Of a stretch of DNA of 64,000 nt, positions 9,920 to 18,400 are shown in pieces (position 1 is the stretch's first letter; each line of letters starts with the position of its first letter). Made by a program: the position numbers and the translations under genes. This DNA comes from an uncultured Oscillospiraceae bacterium (lineage in GTDB: Bacteria > Bacillota > Clostridia > Oscillospirales > Ruminococcaceae), in the NCBI GenBank assembly GCA_964622315.1, contig CAZUOY010000004.1, forward strand, positions 2,064 to 66,063, read 5' to 3'. The notes under the pieces are model-generated. The model saw only the letters and a program-made list of their open reading frames with translations. It did not search any database and was not told the DNA's origin.

Positions 9920-10155
9920 GTTTAATACCCGGTAGGCAAGGCTACCACAGGGATACGGGTTGCTGCCGCGAAACAGTGGAGACACTGTCAGTTGGTCAGC
10001 AGGTTATGTCGAAAAACAAGGCGTAACCTAACGCAACTTCATTGCCCTGCGAAGCTAAAGCTTGAACGGTGACCGCGAGCGCGCAAGCTGGGCGCTTTGT
10101 GGCATAAAAAAGCACGCTTAGCCGTGCCACCGTTTGAGTGGCGCGGCGTTTTTAT
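9920..10155 (+). promoter_or_regulatory. M-box (ykoK leader) magnesium riboswitch with terminator, upstream of mgtE
   Basis: GGTAGGCAAGGCT..GGGATACGGGTTGCTGCCGCGAAA..GTTGGTCAGCAGG..GCTAAAGCTTGAACGG matches remembered M-box conserved blocks. Terminator GCCGTGCCAC-cgtttga-GTGGCGCGGC plus T run at 10121-10155. Confidence 0.8.
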
Positions 10156-10191
10156 TGTTACAGTTCATTTTTTTGGAAGGGGGTCGGTACT

Positions 10192-11544
10192 ATGACTGAA
10201 AAGATTTTGGAGCTTCTTAAGGATAAAAAGAAGATAGCGCTTAAGGAGTTTTTGGCGGAACAGAACCCCGCTGATATAGCCTCGTGGATTGAGGAGCTTT
10301 TAGAGGGCGACGACATAGCGAAGGAAGAACTTTTACTTCTTTACCGCATCCTTCCCAAGGAGATTGCGGCGGATACCTTCGTCGAAATGAGCGTGGAAAC
10401 TCAGGAGATGCTGATAAAATCCTTTTCGGATAAAGAGCTTCGCGAGGTGCTCGACGATATCTTCCTTGACGACACCGTTGATATTATAGAGGAGATGCCC
10501 GCGAACGTCGTAAAGCGAATTTTAAAAAGCGTTGACGCCGAAACAAGAAAGAGCATAAACCAGCTCCTCGATTACCCTGAGGACAGCGCTGGAAGCATTA
10601 TGACGATAGAGTACGTTGACCTCAAGAAAAGCATGACGGTCGAAGCGGCTTTTAAACGCATAAGAAAAACGGGCGTAGATAAGGAAACGATATACACCTG
10701 CTATGTTACCGACAGCAACAGGAAGCTTTTGGGGCTTGTTTCCGTAAAAGACCTTCTCCTTTCCGAATATGAGGAGATAGTCGGCGATATCATGGAGGAA
10801 AACGTAATAAGCGTGGGCACCCACGATGACCAGGAGGAGGTTGCAAACGTCTTTGCGAAGTACGACCTCTTGGCACTGCCTGTTGTAGATAAGGAGAACC
10901 GCCTTGTCGGCATCATCACCGTTGACGACGCCATCGACGTCATTCAAGAGGAGTATACCGAGGATATCGAAAAGATGGCGGCTATTACCCCGTCCGATAA
11001 GCCGTACTTAAAGCTAAGCGTTTTTGATGTTTATAAAGCGCGTATTCCGTGGCTTCTGTTGATGATGATTTCAGCAACCTTTACTGGTCTTATTCTTCAG
11101 CGGTTTGAATCGGCGCTCGCAGCACAGATAGCGCTATCAACCTTTATTCCAATGCTAATGGACACAGGCGGAAATTCCGGAAGTCAAGCGTCGGTAACAG
11201 TCATTCGCGGACTTGCCATGGACGAGGTAGATTTTTCCGACATATTTTCAATTATTTGGAAGGAAATTCGTGTTGCTGTTATGTGTGGCGTGACCCTTGC
11301 CGCGGCTATGTTTTTAAAAATAATACTTCTCGACGGATATTCTGTCGGTATTGCGGCGTCGGTCTGTCTTACACTTGTTGGTACCGTTGCGGCGGCGAAA
11401 ACGGTAGGATGTACGTTGCCTATGCTTTCAAAGAAGATTGGCTTTGACCCTGCTGTTATGTCAGCGCCGCTCATTACCACGATTGTAGACGCGATATCGC
11501 TAATTATCTACTTTACGATAGCGACGGCAATCTTGGGTCTATAA
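10192..11544 (+). CDS. mgtE: Magnesium transporter MgtE
   Basis: N domain, tandem CBS region (LLGLVSVKDLL, LVGIITVDDAIDV) and TM domain with PMLMDTGGNSGSQ. ATG 10192 follows GGAAGGGGG. Confidence 0.92.
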   Translation: MTEKILELLKDKKKIALKEFLAEQNPADIASWIEELLEGDDIAKEELLLLYRILPKEIAADTFVEMSVETQEMLIKSFSDKELREVLDDIFLDDTVDIIEEMPANVVKRILKSVDAETRKSINQLLDYPEDSAGSIMTIEYVDLKKSMTVEAAFKRIRKTGVDKETIYTCYVTDSNRKLLGLVSVKDLLLSEYEEIVGDIMEENVISVGTHDDQEEVANVFAKYDLLALPVVDKENRLVGIITVDDAIDVIQEEYTEDIEKMAAITPSDKPYLKLSVFDVYKARIPWLLLMMISATFTGLILQRFESALAAQIALSTFIPMLMDTGGNSGSQASVTVIRGLAMDEVDFSDIFSIIWKEIRVAVMCGVTLAAAMFLKIILLDGYSVGIAASVCLTLVGTVAAAKTVGCTLPMLSKKIGFDPAVMSAPLITTIVDAISLIIYFTIATAILGL

Positions 11545-11556
11545 TTTTTATAATTT

Positions 11557-11589
11557 AAGCCCCGCAAGCTATTGCTTGCGGGGCTTTTG
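11557..11589. terminator. Bidirectional terminator (mgtE / xylanase)
   Basis: AAGCCCCGCAAGC-tatt-GCTTGCGGGGCTT followed by TT. Confidence 0.7.
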
Positions 11590-11591
11590 CG

Positions 11592-12698
11592 TTAACTGTT
11601 TACGCTTTCTTCAAGGTATCGCTCGGGATAAGCCACGGCGAAGAAGGAGAGCTTGGGATTAAGACCGCTGTCAAAAAGAAGGGGAAGTTTTTCTTTTCGC
11701 CAGCTTGTGTCATCGCGGTAGCCCCAGAAAGTTACGCGGACAATCCTGTCGCTGTGCGCCTTGTAAATCTCAAAAAGCTCGGCGTAAAGCCTTGCCTGGG
11801 TTTTCTGCGCGTTCCTATAGGCGGATTCGCTCGCTTGAACATTTGTCATACCGATATCAAGCTCGGTTACGGCAAGCTCAATATTGTCAATTGAGGAGAA
11901 CAGCTCAATGCTTCCCTCGACAAGCTTCGGCTTAAGCGTTAGGTCATAGTGCCCCTGCATGCCTATTCCGTCTATCGGCACACCCTGCGACTTCAAGTCC
12001 TTAACCATTTCGCATACAACTGTTGCTTTTGAGTTCTGGTTGAGGTTATAGTCATTATAGTAAAGCTTTGCGTTTGGCGCGGCCTCGTGCGCGAACCGGA
12101 AGGCAAGCGCAATATAGTCAGGACCAATGCTTTCGTACCACTGGGTTTTACGTAAACAGTCCTGCCAGGTTCTGCCGCCGTTTAGTGAAACGCCGTCTTC
12201 TATCGCTTCGTTCACAACGTCCCAGGAGTATATCTCGCCGTCATACTTTCCCGCGACTCCGAAAATGTGCGCTTTTAGCTGAGCTATCGCCGTTTCGCGG
12301 TCAACGTTTTTACCCAACCAATCACCTGATTGCTGGTGCCACGCGAGAGTGTGACCGATTACGGTCAAATCGTTTTCCTCAGCGAAGGCTATCATTTTAT
12401 CAGACTCCGTGTAGGTAAAGCTTCCCTCAGTTGGCTGCATGTTTTCGGGCTTCATCAAGTTTTCTGGCGTTATGGCGTTAAACTGCTTAATTACAAGCTC
12501 CATATCCTCGCCTGAGGTAATCTTTTCGGTATAAATAGTGCCGACCATAAAGTAATCGGAATAAATCTCTTTAAGAGAAATGTCTTCATAATTAAGCTCA
12601 TCATACCATTCGTAAGCTTCCGAATTTTGCCCGCATGCAGAAAGCAACAAAGCGAGGGCGAAAAGCAGAGCAATAACGGCGGTTGTTCTCTTTTTCAT
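11592..12698 (-). CDS. GH10 endo-1,4-beta-xylanase, lipoprotein
   Basis: Lipobox LLLSAC; WDVVNEA and VTELDI catalytic Glu blocks of GH10. Confidence 0.88.
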   Translation of the reverse strand: MKKRTTAVIALLFALALLLSACGQNSEAYEWYDELNYEDISLKEIYSDYFMVGTIYTEKITSGEDMELVIKQFNAITPENLMKPENMQPTEGSFTYTESDKMIAFAEENDLTVIGHTLAWHQQSGDWLGKNVDRETAIAQLKAHIFGVAGKYDGEIYSWDVVNEAIEDGVSLNGGRTWQDCLRKTQWYESIGPDYIALAFRFAHEAAPNAKLYYNDYNLNQNSKATVVCEMVKDLKSQGVPIDGIGMQGHYDLTLKPKLVEGSIELFSSIDNIELAVTELDIGMTNVQASESAYRNAQKTQARLYAELFEIYKAHSDRIVRVTFWGYRDDTSWRKEKLPLLFDSGLNPKLSFFAVAYPERYLEESVNS

Positions 12699-12814
12699 AA
12701 AACTTGTCCTTCAATCAATAATTCGTTTTAATATAGTATAGGTAAACGCCGAGTGCAAGTCAATGAGAAGTATGCCCGCTAATATGATATAATAACCTCA
12801 ATAAAGAAAGCGAG

Positions 12815-14419
12815 ATGAGCTGTGTTATGTGGATACCGTCGATATTCAGCGACGGCGCGGTGCTTCAGCGCGGTACGGATAACATAATTATTGGGCGCGA
12901 CGAGGGCGCAAAGCTTGTAAAGGCGCGGCTTGAGGGCGAGGAATACAGCGCGCCCGTTATTAACGGCAGGTTTGAGCTTTGCCTGCCCTCGCACTCTGCG
13001 GCAACGGGGCTGACCCTTGAAATACGCGGAAGTAAAACGGTTATTCTTCGCGATATCTGTTTCGGCGACGTTTTTTTGCTGAGTGGGCAGTCAAATATGG
13101 CGCTTCGCTTGGCGGAAACGCCATACGCCGACGATAGCGAACTTAAGAAGGTCAGACTGCCCGATATTAGGCACTTTGCCGTTACTCCCGACTATTCATT
13201 TACCGAGGCAGGAGAGCTTCAGCCGTCCGAATGGATAAAGGCTGAGGGCGAAAGTGTTATGAACATTAGCGCGACGGGCTTCTTCTTCGCTGAAAAGCTT
13301 TATGAGTCCGTCGGCGTTCCGATAGGTCTCGTTCTTAACGCGGTGGGCGGCGCGAACGTGGAGGCGTGGATGTCCGCGTCGGCACTCACGGCCTTCGGAG
13401 ATTACGACAGATACTACAGTGATTTCCTTGAGAAGGGCGCTCTGCTTCGGTTTATGCATGAATGTGAAAAAGGCACCGCTGAATGGTACAAAAGCGTTAA
13501 TTCTGGCGAGTCGAAAAAACTTTGCCGAGCAGTTCCCGAGAAGGCGAGAAGCTTTGTCGTACCAAAGATGACGACAGGAACAGAGCTGCGCGGGTTTTCG
13601 GGCAGCGTATGGTTTTATAAAAATTTTGACCTTGAAGAAACCGCAGGTGAGGCGCTTTTACAGCTCGGCGAGCTTGTCGATTCCGACGAAGTCTATGTCA
13701 ACGGAGTTAAGGTGGGTGAAACCTCTTACCGATACCCGACGCGAAAATACGGGTTTGACGGACGATTACTTAATAAGGGCACTAATCTGATAGCCGTAAG
13801 GCTGATAATCGAGCGCGGCGCAGGCGGCTTCATACCTGAGCATGAGTATTACATTGCCGTAGGCGAAAGCAAACAGCCGCTTTCGGGCGAATGGCGCTAT
13901 TTTGTTGAAAAGCAGGCAGAAAGAAGCATAGAGGAGTTCGTTAGCGAATGTAACACCACAGTAGGAAGCGACAGCGTATGGCTTGCGAGCGACAGAAAAG
14001 AGGGCTTTCTCGCCGCTCATCTGCCGACGGCGCTTTATAACGGCTCGCTGTTGCCTCTTAAGGGCGTGAGCTTTAAGGCGGTGCTATGGTATCAAGGCGA
14101 GAGCAACGCCGCCGACCCCGACGCAGAGCGCTATGCCGAGAAACTCAGAGCAATGATTACCGAATGGCGCTTGGCGCTGTGTCAGCGGCTTCCGCTAATC
14201 TGTGTGGAGATGGCAAACTACACGGAGCCCGCAAGCGATAACCCCGACAGCACGGGCTGGTCGATTATTCAAGCGCAGCAGCGAAGCGCCGAACAGGTAA
14301 TAGCTAACTGCGCTGTGGTTTCGGCGAGAGACCTCGGTGCGCCGTACGAGCTTCACCCGCCAAATAAGGCGGAGCTTGGACGACGGCTTGCAATTAAAGC
14401 GACGGAGTTTTTATATTGA
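12815..14419 (+). CDS. Sialate O-acetylesterase-like carbohydrate acetylesterase
   Basis: LSGQSNM and VLWYQGESN blocks. Lies next to the xylanase, suggesting acetyl-xylan esterase function. Confidence 0.75.
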   Translation: MSCVMWIPSIFSDGAVLQRGTDNIIIGRDEGAKLVKARLEGEEYSAPVINGRFELCLPSHSAATGLTLEIRGSKTVILRDICFGDVFLLSGQSNMALRLAETPYADDSELKKVRLPDIRHFAVTPDYSFTEAGELQPSEWIKAEGESVMNISATGFFFAEKLYESVGVPIGLVLNAVGGANVEAWMSASALTAFGDYDRYYSDFLEKGALLRFMHECEKGTAEWYKSVNSGESKKLCRAVPEKARSFVVPKMTTGTELRGFSGSVWFYKNFDLEETAGEALLQLGELVDSDEVYVNGVKVGETSYRYPTRKYGFDGRLLNKGTNLIAVRLIIERGAGGFIPEHEYYIAVGESKQPLSGEWRYFVEKQAERSIEEFVSECNTTVGSDSVWLASDRKEGFLAAHLPTALYNGSLLPLKGVSFKAVLWYQGESNAADPDAERYAEKLRAMITEWRLALCQRLPLICVEMANYTEPASDNPDSTGWSIIQAQQRSAEQVIANCAVVSARDLGAPYELHPPNKAELGRRLAIKATEFLY

Positions 14420-14893
14420 ACCAAAGAAAAGCCGTTCCGCTGTTTTAGCGGAACGACTTTTTTGCGTTTATTCTACGCTATTCTTTCCTGCTTTGTTCAA
14501 AGTGGAAAAGAAAAAAGCTTCAATGTTCTTGTAATCAATCGATAGGCACGCGAATATATAATAATGTTCGGCTCAGCTGCAAGCGGTTCTTGCTTTCGCT
14601 CGCAATAAAGATAGCACTTCTCTTATAAGAAGCATAGCTACAAAAAGTTAATAAATGTATATAATGTTTTAAAATATACATTGAGTATAAATAGAAATAT
14701 TATTTTGCTGACAAATAGTCGCTCGCAAAATATAATTTTTGGAAAGTTATACAATTTTATTACAAGTTAACCAAAATTCGTAAAATCGCTTTATTTTTGC
14801 ATTTTTATTATATATAATATCTTTGCGCTCCGGTTACAAAGTAACATTATAAAAATCAAGAAAAGTCGTAAAAAGTTAGCCGCAGAGCTGTTT

Positions 14894-14916
14894 TTGTTAC
14901 CGATATTGTTACCGAT
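14894..14916 (+). promoter_or_regulatory. Tandem direct repeat TTGTTACCGAT x2 at 12-bp register, next to a TAAAAT -10-like hexamer (14923-14928)
   Basis: TTGTTACCGATaTTGTTACCGAT read directly. The position is that of an activator (response-regulator-type) site replacing a -35. Confidence 0.35.
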
Positions 14917-14961
14917 GATGTGTAAAATAGTTAATGAAGAATGATAATTGCGGGAGCAGAT

Positions 14962-15381
14962 ATGTCGGGCTTAAGGAATAGGTTCAAAATAAGAATAGCA
15001 GGCAAGACCGCTGAGGGAGATTACACGGGAATAATTGAGGCGGAGGAGCTTGAGCGACCGATAAGCTTTGCACAGACGGCGCAGATGGTCGTGGCGCTTG
15101 AGGATTTGCTTGAGCGAAGGAACTTTCCAAAAGCCGCAGTCGGCATACGCACCTTCGGAAAACGACGTGAACAAAACGGAGCGAATGAGATGGAATTGTT
15201 AGACAAGAACGAACAGAATAAAGACAAGGCTACCTTCGTAGTTACGGTGCTTTACAGGCAGAACGCCACATGGCAGGGCACACTTAAGTGGCTTGAGGGC
15301 GGCAAAGAGGAAAAGTTCAGAAGCGCGCTGGAGCTAATCAAGCTTATGGACAGCGCGGTTGAGCAAACAGATGAGGAATAG
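14962..15381 (+). CDS. Hypothetical protein upstream of the giant surface protein
   Basis: ORF with GGGAG RBS before ATG 14962. No motif recognised; conserved-looking C-terminal block FVVTVLYRQNATWQGTLKWLE. Confidence 0.5.
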   Translation: MSGLRNRFKIRIAGKTAEGDYTGIIEAEELERPISFAQTAQMVVALEDLLERRNFPKAAVGIRTFGKRREQNGANEMELLDKNEQNKDKATFVVTVLYRQNATWQGTLKWLEGGKEEKFRSALELIKLMDSAVEQTDEE

Positions 15382-15430
15382 GGAAAACAAAGTAAGCACA
15401 GTATTCAACAACAATTTGGGAGGAAAAGAA

Positions 15431-18400
15431 ATGTTCAAGAAAGCGTTATCGACACTTCTCGCAGTGGCAATGGTGGTAACTATGCTGCCGATGAATGTAT
15501 TTGCTACCAGCGAAGAGCCTGTAGCGGAGCCCGCGATAGTTGAAACAGTTCCCGCGGAGCCTGTCGCAGAAGCCCCCAAGGCGGAGACACCCGCAGAGCC
15601 AGTAGCGGAAGCGCCTAAGGCAGACGTTCCCGAGGCGGAAGCGCCGGAGAGTGAAGACCCTGCAGGCGAAACGCTCGAGGAAGGCGAACTCGCAGGCGAA
15701 ACGCCCGAGGAAGGCGAACCCACAGGCGAAACGCCCGAGGAAGACGAACTCGCAGGCGAAACGCCCGAGGAAGACGAACTCGCAGGCGAAACACCCGAGA
15801 CTGAGAAGCCCGCTGAGGAGCCGACGGTCGAGGAAGAGCCTGTAGCGTTTTATGAGAACATTAATATAAACGGTACAAAGATAGAAATTAGCGCCGAAGC
15901 GGGAATTTTTCCGAACGGCACAACCGTCAATGTAGTGGAGGTAACCTCCGCGGTTCAAGGAGCTATTGAAGGCGCGGTTGACGGCGAAATCACCGCTATG
16001 CGTGCGTTCGATATAACCTTCTTTAACGCTAACGGAGAAGAAATTCAGCCTAACGGTAACGTGAACGTAAGCTTTAAGCTGAGCGTTGCGGATTTACCTG
16101 CGGCAGCGGCGGCGGATAAGACCGAGGTTTACCATATGGCCGACGTAAACGCTTCTCCCGAGAAGGTAGCGCAGACCTCAGCGTCGGACAGCGTCAGCAT
16201 TAACGTAAACAGCTTTTCAATCTACACTATTGCCGAGGTTTCACAAGCACAGAGAAAGCCGGGCGGCAATAACGACATTGAGATTAAAACATTTAAACTT
16301 GAAGCGAGCGCTGGCGAAACGATAGAACTTGTTTCTACACATCAAGGACCGACTACTGATAAAAAAGGCTGGAAGGTCGAAAGTGGCGCGTCTAATTTAA
16401 AGGGCGGTGTAACCGCTGGCGCCAATAAAAAAGTGGGCGGCAAAACGGTTGGAACGGCGAGCGTTACAATCAATGACAATGCCGATGCGGGAACGACTAT
16501 AGAAGTTGTTCGCGAGCGTCAAGGCGATAAAAACAATCAAGGATACAAAGAGACATTCATAATAACAGTAAAGGCGAAAACCCCCGAAACTCCTAAAACT
16601 GTTACAGCCAAATTCTACATTCATAAGATTGCTCAGGAAGATATTGACCAATTAGAAGCCTACGGCACAGCGCCGCAGAGTGATTCAAATTACTTCCCCT
16701 CGGCAAATAATGGTTTAGCAAAAGCTATAACGGTTCCCACCGATGAGGTTAGCAATTGGGGCAAGACCGACAACTATACTTGGAGAACCTGGATATTTAG
16801 CAGAGGAAGCAATATTGAGAAATGGATAGGAGACAACGCTCCTACGCTCAGTCAGTTTGCCAACACAGATGGCGTTCCCAATGACATTAACTGCAACGAC
16901 CCCAACCTTGAGGTTGTTTGGTACGTAATTAAGGACCAAAAGGACGGCTGGCACGTTGACGGCTATGTTCTTACTAAGTATACGATTAACTATGAGCTCA
17001 ACGGCGGAGCGCTGGCTGAGGGGGTAACGAACCCCACGGTCTACACCGCGAGCGACGCGTTTACGCTTAACAACCCGCAAAAGCCCGGATACACCTTCCT
17101 TGGCTGGACGGGAAGCAACGGAGCTGACGCAGAAACCTCTGTTTCCATAACAAGAGGAACCACGGGCAACAAGGAGTATACCGCGAACTGGGCGCCTTAT
17201 ACCTACACCGTTGAGTTTGACGGAAACGGCGGCGAAGGCACAATGGACGATATGTCCTTTAACTTTGACGAGGAAAAGACGCTCGATGAGAACGAGTTTG
17301 AGCGTAGCGGCTTTGCGTTTATCGGCTGGAGCACACAGCCGGACGGCGAAGTGGAATTCGAAGATGAAGAGTCGGTTAAAAATCTTTGCGACGAAAACGG
17401 CGGAACAGTAACTCTTTACGCTCAGTGGGAGCAGACAGAATATAAGGTAGATTACCAGTGGACGACGGACGCGCCGAGCGGTACAACAAAGCCCGGGGAT
17501 GACGTTGCGAACAGCGAGAACAGCTTTAAGGTTATCGTTGACGATAACTATAAGGAAAATCAAGTTGTTGTGGTAACCACCTATGGCATGTTTGGTTGGC
17601 AGACAGATAAGTATTATAAGTTCAGCGGCTGGAAGCTTAACGGAAACGTTGTAAGCGGCGAGCTCACTATTTCGAGCGACACAACGCTTACAGGCAGCTG
17701 GATTGAAGTAAGCTATCGCGATATAGTTTCACTGCAGTATTACGGAAACGGAAACGACGGCGGAAGCGCACCGGCGGAAAAGAGCTATTATGTAAAGGGC
17801 GCGAATGTTAAGGTTCTTGCGAATACTTATACCAAAAACGGCTATACGTTCGTAAAATGGAACGACAACAGCAACGGTAGAGGAAACTCTTACAACCCCG
17901 ACGGAACTATTACGCTTTACTCAAGCAAAACTCTTTATGCGCAGTGGGCACCTAACGGCTACACCGTGAAATTCAACGCTAACGGCGGCGAAGGCACAAT
18001 GAACGATATGTCCTTCAAGTTCAACGAGACCAAGAAGCTTACCGCTAATGCGTTTACCCGCACGGATTACAGATTTATTGGCTGGAGCACACAGGCAGAC
18101 GGAAACGTTGCTTACTCCAACGAAGCAAGGGTTAAGAACCTTACTAACGAAAAGGACGGCGTGGTTACGCTCTATGCTCAGTGGGAGCAGATACCTCCTA
18201 CGGTTACCTATTCATGGAGCGGAAATATTCCTACGGGCGTAAGTCTCCCGAGTTCGTCCGAGGCAACTAAAACGAATAACGGCTTCGAGCACAGCATTAA
18301 CACCTCCTACAACTCCAACTCGGTCAGAACGACCGTTGCCGGCAGATATACCTTCAGCGGCTGGAACACGGTAAGCGGCGGAACGATAAGCGGCGGCAAG

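Noticed and set aside
15662-15800. Possible CRISPR array (regular 30-bp repeats)
   Set aside because: The repeats are directly adjacent with no spacers and lie in frame inside a coding sequence (AGETPEEGEL units).
15334-15958. Minus-strand ORFs (129 aa, 170 aa) and a K/R-rich plus-frame ORF over the 30-bp repeats
   Set aside because: They are generated by the tandem coding repeat. The signal-peptide-containing frame starting at 15431 explains the region.
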